Origin: Candidatus Woesearchaeota archaeon
Lineage (GTDB): Archaea > Nanobdellota > Nanobdellia > Pacearchaeales > GW2011-AR1
Length of the DNA: 64,000 nucleotides
Reading direction: 5' to 3'
Assembly: GCA_964447315.1 (NCBI GenBank)
Contig: CAYURQ010000003.1
Location: 10,078-74,077, forward strand
Below, piece after piece: positions 55,901-64,000 of this stretch. The notes beneath the pieces were generated by a model, which ran no database searches, was not told where the DNA came from, and was given only the letters and a program-made list of their open reading frames with translations. Position 1 is the first letter of the stretch, and every line of letters starts with the position of its first letter. A program made the translations under genes and the position numbers.

Positions 55901-58498
55901 GATGAAATAATTCAAGCAATGTCTCTTTATTCCACTGATTATATTCAAGGATTAGATGCTTTGATAACTGCTGTGGATATAATGGGTTCTAGAGATATTC
56001 AGGTTGGAAATAAATTTTTTAAGTTAACTGCTCCTAGATTATCTTTGCAAAATGGAGTAAGAGCATATCATGATAAAGGAAATGCAAATTTTAAATTTCA
56101 ACTTTTAGGTTATGGAAATTGGAATTCTTGGAAGTTTAAACCTGCTAAAGATGGGATTTATTTTCAGTATAACAAAAATACTAATAGTTGGGAGTGGGCA
56201 TTTACAGGATCATTTTATAGGCCAGTTAGTGATAAAACTTATGATGATATTGTTAAAGATACTTATGCAATTAATAAAGGAGCTAGTTTAGGTAAAAATG
56301 ATATAGAATTATTAAACTCTCTTACAAGATTAGATAGAGCCCAAGGAGCAAGTGTTTTATTTAATGTAGTTAAAGCAGATAATATAAATTATGTAGAGGA
56401 TTGCAAAGGATTTTTTGGAGGAACTTGTACTCAAGAAAGTAGATGTGATAAGGATAAAATTCTTAAAAATGTTTTGACTGATTGCGAAGAGAATGGTAGG
56501 GTTTGTTGTTTATCAGATATTACTAGTTGTGTTGATGATGTAGGTAGGGAATGTGTTGCAGTTGAGGATTGTCCCTCAGAAAGAATTCAAACTTCAAATA
56601 ATGATTGTGAGGCTTTAGGGAAAGTATGTTGTATTGATGAAGAACAACAGCAAATTATTTCAGAAGGAGAGTGTAGTGATTGTAAAGAAGATTATTTTGA
56701 AAGATGTACAAAAGAAGAATGTTTAGATCTTGGAAGACATTTAAATAAAAATTGTGTTTTTAAAAGAGATATTCTATCTGGAGGGTTTTTATTTGGAGGA
56801 ATATGTGTTGAAGAAGAGGAACAAAAGGAAACTTCTGTAGTTGTTTGTCCAACACCTCCTGGTTCAAATATTCCTGGAACTCAAAAATCATGTAAAAAGC
56901 AAGATTCAACTTCTACTAGTACTGGAAATAATAATCTTCAACCAGGACAGAGTACTTGCACTCCTTCTTCTACTGATTCAACAAAATCTCTTTGTGCTCC
57001 AAGCAATACCCCTGAACAACAGGAAATAGTAGAGGCTTGTACTCCTGATTCATGCAATATTCCTGAAGTTACTGAAGAAGAAGTTGAAGTTGAATGTGAA
57101 GATGCAACTAATTTGCAAAATGGAGATAGTGTTATTTGTACTGTTATTGATGTTACTAAACACATTATTTGTCCTTTTGTTCCTGATTTGCAACCTGGGG
57201 TAGATAGTCTGCCTTGTCGTATAACATCTGGAAATGAAGAAATAGAAAATGAGGATTATCTTTGTGAATTATCTGCTTTTGAAGATACAGGAGAATGTCA
57301 AAATGCAAAAGGAGAGGTTCTTGAAGTAGAAGCTGAAGAAGATTTAGTAGGTGATGAAACAAAAGGAGAGCAAGTAACTGTTAAAGTTAATGAAGTTAAA
57401 AATTCTGATTCTAGATATATTGGAGATAGTTGTGGAAATAATGGAAGATGTATTTCAATAAGTTCTGGAACTATTTGTGAGGGGATTATAAAAGATGGTT
57501 TATGTCTTGGAACAAATGATATAAAGTGTTGTGAACCTATTGAAGAGCCTTCTGGTGATTCAAAAATTGTTTGTCCTTATACTTATCCTTCACAAATGAC
57601 TTCTTCTCAACTTGCTTGGTCAATAACTGATTGTAATGTTAAAGATTCTTATTCTAATGATAATTTTAATATTCTTTGTGATGTTCCTTCTGTTGGAAGT
57701 TATGCAAAAGTATCTTGTGAATATTTGGGTTCTTCAACTGAAATGTGGTGTAATTTATTAGGAAGAGAAAACAATAAAAAAGCAACTTGTTATTTTCCTG
57801 GAGATTATGAATTAACAGATTATCCTGGAAAACCAAAGGTTTCTAATACTGATACTAATTCAAATATAAGAATAAGATTATTAGAAGAATTAGAGAGATT
57901 AGAAGGAACAATTGTTTCTGGTGAGGACTTTAAAACTTATGGGACTAATCAACAACCAAATCAACATTGTTCTAATGCTGTTTATGGTGCTTTAGGTACT
58001 GCTAATTGTGGATTGTCTAGTGTTTATTATTCTGATGAAATAGGAGCTTCTTACACATTTAATTATAAAGGAACTCAATATACTAAAGAAGTTGGAACTT
58101 TAAGTGATGGAGTTTGTGTGGGAGCATCTAGTGGGGGGACTCTTGGTTCTGAGGTTTCTTATGATGATTTTTTAGATACTTTAGTTCCAGGAGATATAAT
58201 TGATGTTTTTTACAGTGATAGACTTTGTCATGGAATAATTTTTGTTGGTTGGGAAGATAAATTAAATTATGAGGCAAGAATTTTTGATTGGAATGGTCAA
58301 ACTATTGATCAATTTCAAATGGATTCTGAAAGTGTAATGTGTGATGAGTCTGACGTAAAAGTTTATCGTGATAGACATTATTGTAAGATTTATAGATATG
58401 CAGATTTTTATGTTGGCCTTAATCCTGGGTCTAGAGAAAATACAAATCCAATATATAAATCATGGTATCCTGTAAATTCAGATATATACAGAATTTAA
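49964..58498 (+). CDS. Giant (2,844 aa) secreted Cys-rich protein with C-terminal papain-like (NlpC/P60-CHAP-type) candidate domain
   Basis: Uninterrupted 8.5-kb ORF in an AT-rich genome. Sec signal 'VLLFLILFLIIGVVSA|YSS'. Tandem CC-terminated Cys modules and an S/T/P linker. 'QHCSNAVYGAL' ... 'GDIIDVFYSDRLCHGIIFVGW'. Confidence 0.85.
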   Translation: MINKGKNIFNFVLLFLILFLIIGVVSAYSSSWMGYKYNDIAGTGSFMQNSLRFDKSMCEQGSDFILQIAPFGCEPAVVRSDLLEENDVPVFCQIAGTKINPLIDVEAIKTMTISGKHTGGVKGFAYHPSQAALGLFPDGTIENPVLENLGYVVVILKRNPNESAMPDYVEGNLTARIRYDIDKTFGVGRAEYYLPVMSEAEWKDSFLGYGFWNGRGFLRADYVEGDKARVSIYSGSQVNTGSFSGIKDYSQLGFTSHVLKVGEKSNEIFLPGFDPCRASLSLRLNSLEDPDTRARITVNSEIVEIGQNQDFLENKCEVLKIAKRGLYQSVEISCLEDDGKRDIFTLSISPRVELEISDSNDVSKKETHEYEIGDYLFEDKSDLSNIKHIYLGYVGSVSQSKDIQDMFVVLISSPDLKTKLDSAQLDSVTNYVKYRKAEANTGDDFLDKAIQGLGAATSQVVEAGYYLFEGEDFKVIPFQKNGFEHDELYRGKIIKIKGFAKNSAYNPEYTLSGEKEYEKAMQDFNLVADSYGDAKSSENDLETYGEKALFQAIKTSVRAGKNLDTSDLCVKFKQLYPFSLKNYELKNYCDNSYLASSSGFHTKEVLVNGNLRQLSFDKIIEPSYQEYGIEVLVTGPSGSQTYRLPKSSRISLNEVRGDAVSLASEEYFTLEDLEKDYAEIRVRFAESVTEVSFDEQNVRLYFNQPQRVGAFEFLIKEINLQKVARVSVEPSFNNQFSNSTFPFKIGIEKRAIQLTPEKINKKINRLDKSIEGLQGKVDFLGQTVEWGNKACLGTGAALTLKNLIKNFNGDSIARNMIMTGDGGYNEICEKAVIREEYESIDQCFLAKSNEIDRKVKQYSEVINEQNNYISKLKDDSKETSGTGNIFEQGIINNEEVVSAYLKNELTYEQLQSTLNEIGYVEDGFFYLSKNQDGTFDKENGGINLNEIKATLEKGEGYFSEGTLSLDDLRDIELYRTILQQNADDPNIEVDEMAKKELYDVLFDVNLNTKQSKKRNTLADNLGIDPSLLGYMETKDPEKIKKYNYLGLKAGGLGLELKDVDGKTSLDTNSPLYAFRTNEDKEYILVLNDAGDGKNLPIKTYDSDNDPSTDNSIYLYSSSGELIKKDDSRYEDFLDDFSDGVTFVVYDEASYHNRYLNPEVRYFEDAPYKGYPAVVPVERETGWYAATKPVLPVGANIASYDTSGRVSSFWLCNVGENGLENYISGDDNCQMINLNTGMSFDMFYALGIDRTKELINKAVRNIELAQRAYKNGVRAVRIEGEKYTVGSPAAATPTVQCQEFMSPKDCNILFNVCDPFICPSSRCDLGGTYPVRDVIQSGVIGSIALCYPNAKWHGGDVYVPVCVSGVHAGLDGWLQVQKAYRDCLQENLETGETVGICDEMHSIYMCDFFWRQARPLAQLILPKLISKILGQSSRGGGEYLSVQDAWETAGNSIDYFKQYYANHVFTAFKNRNVDEIGAEVCKSFPSILFPDGASIVDSLTQAYSPVQFHGKFSEIPMTTATNPPLSHYKVTYIIYAGQDRGAYYRVYLRGDSTSSYFQDTSFNRYVASGYIPAGDSISESIDEQWPSGYRQLCISVNGQEECGFKQVSTSFAVDYMNDLYLQQQASQTDIKTESECVSGSTSLYSLLNPNLQEGVETAINPEIYNKGIIRVCATNNPGVGTDIHAEGEDARWVAVGYCGDKNIKCWQDQNSVKDVIESYSIEEKTLDTTSQQALEQLFADGNYLGAEELKQELEKILGLNNPKDKIDPLTELLDKTFYNKDKANIYLERGKAYASQIVYCPSFCLDGEHLVKGLFNYTTRKCFPGKDVIDDCDGNGCFETSAGGGALCNAEECTFCVPDVENEVGAFGAIYEGTINSTGHCVVPLFSKEYLFENCLSGTIPGCAPAGKSGKCLSNTNAGFVNIDESPIIRFKYNTLLSFFPNNLCIKYFNGAWRYKHTCGLSNPKKWPVVNSNPGVDKKADEIIQAMSLYSTDYIQGLDALITAVDIMGSRDIQVGNKFFKLTAPRLSLQNGVRAYHDKGNANFKFQLLGYGNWNSWKFKPAKDGIYFQYNKNTNSWEWAFTGSFYRPVSDKTYDDIVKDTYAINKGASLGKNDIELLNSLTRLDRAQGASVLFNVVKADNINYVEDCKGFFGGTCTQESRCDKDKILKNVLTDCEENGRVCCLSDITSCVDDVGRECVAVEDCPSERIQTSNNDCEALGKVCCIDEEQQQIISEGECSDCKEDYFERCTKEECLDLGRHLNKNCVFKRDILSGGFLFGGICVEEEEQKETSVVVCPTPPGSNIPGTQKSCKKQDSTSTSTGNNNLQPGQSTCTPSSTDSTKSLCAPSNTPEQQEIVEACTPDSCNIPEVTEEEVEVECEDATNLQNGDSVICTVIDVTKHIICPFVPDLQPGVDSLPCRITSGNEEIENEDYLCELSAFEDTGECQNAKGEVLEVEAEEDLVGDETKGEQVTVKVNEVKNSDSRYIGDSCGNNGRCISISSGTICEGIIKDGLCLGTNDIKCCEPIEEPSGDSKIVCPYTYPSQMTSSQLAWSITDCNVKDSYSNDNFNILCDVPSVGSYAKVSCEYLGSSTEMWCNLLGRENNKKATCYFPGDYELTDYPGKPKVSNTDTNSNIRIRLLEELERLEGTIVSGEDFKTYGTNQQPNQHCSNAVYGALGTANCGLSSVYYSDEIGASYTFNYKGTQYTKEVGTLSDGVCVGASSGGTLGSEVSYDDFLDTLVPGDIIDVFYSDRLCHGIIFVGWEDKLNYEARIFDWNGQTIDQFQMDSESVMCDESDVKVYRDRHYCKIYRYADFYVGLNPGSRENTNPIYKSWYPVNSDIYRI

Positions 58499-58507
58499 TT
58501 TAAATGT

Positions 58508-58873
58508 TTATTTTAATTGGGGATTTAGTTTTTTATCAAGTTTTGATTCTGCTAAAGTACCCCTAAGATCTTTTGGATATCCCACAATAATTGTGTCTCC
58601 TTCTTTTAGATTATTCATATCTTTTGTTGGATTTAGTCTTTTTAAATAAGAATCATCTTTTGGATTGCTGTATAACCAGCCAGCTACTCCTTCTCCTGTT
58701 TCTCCTCCAGAAAGTATAATATATCTTAGTGCAGAATCTTGTTTAGCAATTTGTTTTGGTTGAGCTTCAATAGAATCATATTTGTTTTTTTGTATTTCTT
58801 TTGTATCTGCTTTATTTAAACAAGATACTAATCCTGCTCCTAATACCATTGAATATATTAATCCTTTTTTCAT
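58508..58873 (-). CDS. Small exported protein with lipobox-like signal
   Basis: 'MKKGLIYSMVLGAGLVSC' signal with Cys. Convergent with the giant gene. Confidence 0.5.
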   Translation of the reverse strand: MKKGLIYSMVLGAGLVSCLNKADTKEIQKNKYDSIEAQPKQIAKQDSALRYIILSGGETGEGVAGWLYSNPKDDSYLKRLNPTKDMNNLKEGDTIIVGYPKDLRGTLAESKLDKKLNPQLK

Positions 58874-58938
58874 ACTTTTTAGAATACTCTTTAGTTTATA
58901 AATCTTTCTATTTTGTTACTCCTTAATAATAACATTAA

Positions 58939-60267
58939 TTATTTTTTTAGCCGAGGGTTATATTCATTTGATATATTTTCAAGCATTAATTTTTTTACTT
59001 CTTGAGGTTTTTCAGTATGTCCAAGAACCCATCCTAATTTTACAAATGCTGTTTCAGAAAGCATATCTTCTAAATAAATCATTCCAGCATTTAATAATTT
59101 TCTTCCTGAGCTATAAACATAAGGATGTAATCTTCCATAAATTGTTTGACTTGCAGCGCAGATTATTAAACCTTTTTTTGTTAATTCCTGAATTTTTTTT
59201 ACCCAGGAATTTTTTGATTCTGTTGCAACTTGTCCTATACCAGCAACCTCTACAACAATTCCTTTATATCCTTGTTTGAAGTAGTAATCTAAAATATTTG
59301 GATTTTGTCCTGGATAAAATTTTATTAAAGCTATTTTCTCTTGAAATTTTGTATCTGCTTTTGTTTTTACATTATTTTTATTGTTTTTTGAAAGATATTC
59401 TGGATTTATTATTTCTATTTTATCTGGCCATGCTCTTGCAATTGGACTTGAATTTATTGGTTTAAAAGTGTCTCTTCTGGAAGTATGCATTTTTCTTGTT
59501 TTAGTTGCAATTAATACATTGCAAAAATTATCATCTTCTGAAGCATGTCCAACTAAAGTCACTTTTTTTATTTCAGAAGTTGCAACTCTTGCTGCACACA
59601 TTAAATTAAGTCTTGCATCAGAACTTCCACGGTCTATTGAACGTTGAGAATAGGTTAATACCACTGGTTTATTTAATTTTTTTAACATAAAACTCAAAGC
59701 AGATGCAGTGTAGTGTAAAAAGTCTGTTCCATGAGTTATTATAATTCCTTTAATATTTGAATCATTTAATAATTCTTGACAGGTTTTTGCAATTTGTTTC
59801 CAGTTTTTTGGAGACATGTCTTCACTCCAAGCCATAAATGGATTTTCTATTTTTACAATATTTGCTATTTCAGATATTTCTGGATAAAATTTCAGAAAAT
59901 CATTTATGCTAGTTAATGGTTTTGTTGCTCCTGTTTTTGAGTCATATTTTGAGGCTATTGTTCCTCCTGTTATAATCATTGCAATATTGGGTTTTTTAGG
60001 ATCTTTTTTAATTTCTAAATCTTGTTTTATTGATTTTGGGGTTGAGATTTTTTTTATTTTAATAATATCTTTTTTATTGAAACCAATATTATATCCATTT
60101 TCAAGTTTAAGTAATAGAATATTTTTATCTGAAGAAGAACTTTCCAATAAATATCCTTGATAAATTATTTTTGTTAAGTGTATTTCAACTAAATCACCTG
60201 GCTTAGCTTGTTTGTATTTAGATGAACTATCTAAATTTTTTTCATTTTGTTTTGTATTTGATTTCAT
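58939..60267 (-). CDS. gatD: Glu-tRNA(Gln) amidotransferase subunit D
   Basis: N-terminal GatD-specific domain plus an asparaginase fold. 'IAMIITGGTIASKYD', 'IITHGTDFLHYTASAL'. Confidence 0.85.
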   Translation of the reverse strand: MKSNTKQNEKNLDSSSKYKQAKPGDLVEIHLTKIIYQGYLLESSSSDKNILLLKLENGYNIGFNKKDIIKIKKISTPKSIKQDLEIKKDPKKPNIAMIITGGTIASKYDSKTGATKPLTSINDFLKFYPEISEIANIVKIENPFMAWSEDMSPKNWKQIAKTCQELLNDSNIKGIIITHGTDFLHYTASALSFMLKKLNKPVVLTYSQRSIDRGSSDARLNLMCAARVATSEIKKVTLVGHASEDDNFCNVLIATKTRKMHTSRRDTFKPINSSPIARAWPDKIEIINPEYLSKNNKNNVKTKADTKFQEKIALIKFYPGQNPNILDYYFKQGYKGIVVEVAGIGQVATESKNSWVKKIQELTKKGLIICAASQTIYGRLHPYVYSSGRKLLNAGMIYLEDMLSETAFVKLGWVLGHTEKPQEVKKLMLENISNEYNPRLKK

Positions 60268-60299
60268 AATTTAAAGAATGATGCTTAGGTTAAAAAGTT

Positions 60300-61418
60300 T
60301 TAGTTAAAGAATAATTGTGTTATAACACCAGTAATAAAAATTATGCTTAATAAAATTATTATAAAATTGTTTATTTTAAGGGAGTACTCTGGTTTTCTTT
60401 TTCCTTTCTTTTTTGCATGTTTGTTCATTTCTAAAATTAATATGCTTGCTAATCCTCCTGAAACAACACCTCCAATTCCAAGTATTTTTGTAAATGAAAA
60501 TATATCAAATATTTGAATAAATATAAATAAAATAACTGGAACCATTGAACTTAAAATCCATGATTTATTTTTTTTGAAATGTTCGTCAAAGATGAAATCA
60601 TCTTCTAATGATGTTCCTAATGAAAGATAAGAAGTGAACATGGTGAACATTCCAAGAACAACAAAAACTTTTCCTAATGCAAGTGTTGCTACTTCTGGTG
60701 TATTTTGTCCCATGAATCCTACAACTATTAATGAAAATAAAATATAAAATGAAACTGAAATTATTGTTCCTATTAAGATTATTTTTTTAAGCTTTTTTTT
60801 ATCTTTTCCAAGAATCATTCTTATTTCAGGTATGGAATCAATTGATTTTAATGCAAATAATATAATTCCAAAAGGAAGAAAAATATTTGCTGCATTAAAT
60901 CCCAATAAATTATTGAACTCTACATTTGGTATGAAAAATATTATTATTAATATTAAAAGTCCAAAAATGATTCCCACTCCTATTTTTTCATATTTTTTCA
61001 AAGAATTTTTTCCAGACCATAAAAGCCAAGACATTATAATTCCAAAAAATATGCCAAAAATAGTTGCATATTGTGTTGTTCCTGAAATTAAAAAACTTAT
61101 GCTTTCTCCAACACCTATCATATAAGCTATTATTGCAGAATATATTCCAAAAATAGTTGCAAATTCCATTAATCTTTTTCCTTTTTTTCCAATATATTTT
61201 TCAGCATACCCTATAATTTGGTGATTTTCTTTTGTTCTTAATGAAACTTCTCCAAGATATAAATTAATTAAATAAGTTATTAATCCAATTCCTATTATGT
61301 AAATTAAAGTAATGAAAAATCCTGCTTGTGCAGCTATGTAAGGGATTCCTAACACCCCTGCACCAATGCAGGTTCCCATTAATATAGAGACTCCAATTAT
61401 TGTTTTTTTATCAACCAC
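60300..61418 (-). CDS. Amino acid permease (HAAAP/aromatic amino acid transporter-like)
   Basis: 'GTCIGAGVLGIPY' N-terminal motif. About 11 TM segments. Confidence 0.65.
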   Translation of the reverse strand: MVDKKTIIGVSILMGTCIGAGVLGIPYIAAQAGFFITLIYIIGIGLITYLINLYLGEVSLRTKENHQIIGYAEKYIGKKGKRLMEFATIFGIYSAIIAYMIGVGESISFLISGTTQYATIFGIFFGIIMSWLLWSGKNSLKKYEKIGVGIIFGLLILIIIFFIPNVEFNNLLGFNAANIFLPFGIILFALKSIDSIPEIRMILGKDKKKLKKIILIGTIISVSFYILFSLIVVGFMGQNTPEVATLALGKVFVVLGMFTMFTSYLSLGTSLEDDFIFDEHFKKNKSWILSSMVPVILFIFIQIFDIFSFTKILGIGGVVSGGLASILILEMNKHAKKKGKRKPEYSLKINNFIIILLSIIFITGVITQLFFN

Positions 61419-61488
61419 TTTTTAATATTTTTTTGTTTAACAAATTCATAAAAATATCAAACTATAAAAAGGTTTTTTAAATTAAAAA

Positions 61489-61560
61489 CAGGCCCGGAGG
61501 GAATCGAACCCCCATTCTTTGGGCCGAAACCAAAAGGTCTATCCATTAACCTACGGGCCT
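61489..61560 (-). tRNA. tRNA-Arg (anticodon UCG)
   Basis: The reverse complement folds as AGGCCCG-TA-GGTT..GACC-T-TTTGG-TTTCGGC-CCAAA-GAAT-GGGGG-TTCGATT-CCCTC-CGGGCCT-G. Confidence 0.85.
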
Positions 61561-61759
61561 ATATTATTATTATCTAAATCTTCCTTTAAAATATCTTTCC
61601 TTTCTTGAAATATGGTTTTTTTACTTTTAATTATTTTCATATATTTGTCAATTCTTTGAATTTCATTGGTAATTTAACATAATTATTTAAATAAAAAAAA
61701 CCATATAAAATTAAATTGTAATTTTAAAGAGATTATAAAGAAAAGAGGTAAAAAATAAA

Positions 61760-62620
61760 ATGAGGAAGCATCATAAAATTGTTTTAGGGGGTTTTAGTGC
61801 AATTGTAATGGCATTTATGGTTATCGTTGGTATTTTACTTAATGGTTTAATTGTTAAGCAACAGATTAATCATAATGAAGTTGTTGATAGAATTGATAAT
61901 TTAAAAATTGATACTCAAAGTAAATTAAATGAATTATCAGAAAGTTTAATGCAAACTCGTTTAGATGTTGATATTATTAATGATAAAGTTGGAGTTATTG
62001 ATGAAGAATTTTCTTTGTTGAAAGATACAGTTAGTGATGATTTTTCAAATATTATTGAAGATGTAATTCCAAGTGTAGTAACAATTAAAACAGATATTAG
62101 TCAAGGAACAGGTTTTATTATCACTGGAGATGGATTTATTGTTACTAATGCACATATTTTGTCTGGGGGAAAACAAGTTGAAACTTTAAATTATGAGCAA
62201 TCTAAATTTAAGACTTCTTTTGTAGGATATAATTCTAATTTAGATTTAGCTTTACTTAAAATAAATGGGGAATTTAATCAATTAAATTTAGTTGAAAATT
62301 CTGATGATATAAAAGTTGGTGATAAAGTTGTTGCTATTGGAAATCCTTTAGGCTTGCAATATAGTGTTTCTCAAGGAATTGTTTCTGGTGTTAATAGAGT
62401 GGGTCCTAATGGTTTAAATGTTTATATTCAAACAGATGCTGCTTTAAATCCTGGAAATTCTGGAGGACCTTTGATTAATTCAAAAGGAAAGGTTATTGGA
62501 ATAAATAATTTTAAAAGTAGTTCTGGAGAAAGTTTAGGTTTTGCACTTGAATCAAATGAACTAAGAAACGTTGTTAATAATATTTCTTTACAAGAACTTA
62601 ATTTAACTGTTTTACCTTGA
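61760..62620 (+). CDS. Membrane-anchored trypsin-like serine protease (HtrA/S1C-like, no PDZ domain)
   Basis: N-terminal TM. 'VTNAHIL' (His), 'DLALLKI' (Asp), 'TDAALNPGNSGGPL' (Ser). Confidence 0.8.
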   Translation: MRKHHKIVLGGFSAIVMAFMVIVGILLNGLIVKQQINHNEVVDRIDNLKIDTQSKLNELSESLMQTRLDVDIINDKVGVIDEEFSLLKDTVSDDFSNIIEDVIPSVVTIKTDISQGTGFIITGDGFIVTNAHILSGGKQVETLNYEQSKFKTSFVGYNSNLDLALLKINGEFNQLNLVENSDDIKVGDKVVAIGNPLGLQYSVSQGIVSGVNRVGPNGLNVYIQTDAALNPGNSGGPLINSKGKVIGINNFKSSSGESLGFALESNELRNVVNNISLQELNLTVLP

Positions 62621-62667
62621 TTTTAAATAATTCTTATTTGAGTTAATCTTAAATAGTTTTAATTCTG

Positions 62668-64000
62668 GATATTAAATATGGCAAATAAGAAATCTACTGA
62701 AGGAATTACTTTTAAGAAAAATGAGAATTTTTCTGAATGGTTTACTCAAGTTATTGAAAATGCAGAACTTGTTGATGTTAGAAATGGAGTAAAAGGTTTT
62801 ACAATTATAAGACCTTGGGCTGCAATGACTATTGAAAATATGTTCGAATTTTTAGAAAAAGAATTGCAAAAAAAAGGACATAAACCTACTTTTATGCCGA
62901 GTGTTATACCTAAGGAAAATTTAATTAAAGAATCAGAGCATGTTCAAGGTTTTACTCCAGAAGTTTTTTGGCTTAAGAATATTAAAGAAGATAATGATTC
63001 AGAAAAAGAACAAGAACTTGCTTTAAGGCCTACTTCTGAAACTTTATATACTCCAATGTTTAAATATTGGGTTTCTGGACATAGAGATTTGCCTTTGAAA
63101 TTATATCAAAGAGGGCATGTTTTTAGGCTTGATACAAAAGCAACACGTCCTTTGATACGTGGTAGAGAGTTTATTTGGATTGAATGTCACGATGCCTTTG
63201 AATCAAAAGAAGATGCAGAAGCTCAAGTTCAAGAAGATATTGATACAACTGAAAAGGTAATGCATAAAATTTATGGTGTTCCTTTTTTGCCTATGAAAAG
63301 ACCTGAATGGGATAAATTTGCAGGAGCAGAATATACTGTTGGTAGTGATTGTTTTATGCCAGATGGAAAATTAATTCAACAACCTTCTACACATTTAATG
63401 GGACAGAAATTTTCAAAAGCATTTAATGCAACATTTAAGAATAAAGATGAAAAACGAGAATATTTATGGACAACTGCTTATGGTCCAGCCATCTCAAGAA
63501 TTCTTGCATCAGTAATAGCAACTCATGGGGATGATTCAGGAATGATTTTACCTTTTTCAATTTCTCCATTGCAAGTTATAATTGTTCCAATATTTAATGC
63601 ATCAAATAAAGAAAAAGTTTTGAAAAAAGCTACTGATATTATGAAAAGTTTTGAAAAATTAAATATTAGAGTTGAAATAGATGAGAGAGATTATAAAAGA
63701 CCAGGGGAAAAATATCATATCTGGGAAATTAAAGGAGTTCCTTTTAGAATTGAATTTGGTGAGAAAGAATTAATTAAAGACGAGATTATTGTTTTTACTA
63801 GAGATACGAAAAATAAAGAAACTCTTAAATTAAAAAATATAAAAGATATTGTTAAATGGGGCAAGGATTTTGATAAAAGGCTTTTAGAAAAAGCAGATAA
63901 AATGGCAAAAGGAAAAATTGTTGATTGTTCAAGTAAAAATGAAATAAAAAAAGCTTTAGATTCTGGAAAAGTTGCAAGGATTAATTTTTGTAGTGTAGGA
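62668..64000 (+). CDS. proS: Prolyl-tRNA synthetase, archaeal/eukaryotic type (3' end beyond the window)
   Basis: Hand-translated from the ATG at 62668: 'FSEWFTQVIENAELVD', 'EHVQGFTPEVFWL', 'RPLIRGREFIWIECHDAF'. The frame is open to the window end. Confidence 0.85.

Noticed and set aside
61561-61640. Minus-strand ORF MKIIKSKKTIFQERKDILKEDLDNNNIGP running into tRNA-Arg
   Set aside because: It overlaps the tRNA gene and has no SD or conservation cues. It is probably a chance ORF in the tRNA promoter region.

Overview
This is a visibly AT-rich, tightly packed archaeal window. Many genes overlap as ATGA or sit 1-30 nt apart. All calls come from reading motifs and gene context; no database search was run. 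The informational genes are clearly archaeal: RadA, aIF2-alpha, a Nop10-like gene, SRP54, FtsY, the L1-P0-P1 operon, S15, S3Ae, L44e, aEF-1beta, RPA-like, GINS-like, RecJ/GAN-like, EndoQ-like, Bud32, GatD and archaeal-type ProRS, plus four tRNAs. The small-genome style suggests a DPANN-like lineage, but that is inference. Roughly half of the window encodes cell-surface machinery. (1) Positions 9-11167 hold a complete type IV pilus-like locus: secretion ATPase, polytopic platform protein, eight consecutive small proteins with class III (prepilin-type) signal peptides, micro-ORFs and an A24 prepilin peptidase. (2) Positions 13466-21712 hold a giant LamG-repeat, sequon-dense surface protein of about 2,748 codons. 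It is interrupted by one in-frame TGA exactly where a paralogous repeat carries Gly. Downstream are a stand-alone copy of its membrane anchor and a KaiC-like ATPase. (3) Positions 48017-58498 hold a translationally coupled trio: a 42-aa RHH-like ORF, a 609-aa protein with a prepilin-type signal, and a 2,844-aa Cys-rich secreted giant. The giant carries tandem CC-terminated Cys modules and a C-terminal papain-like (NlpC/P60-CHAP-type) Cys/His signature. This trio is my best candidate for an undescribed host- or cell-interaction system. Other points are an orphan ORF wedged inside the P0-P1 ribosomal operon, an untracked cysteine-less Nop10-like gene, a HIT-like protein without the histidine triad, and a VKOR homolog that fits the Cys-rich exoproteome. 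I saw no CRISPR array, transposase, integrase or rRNA.
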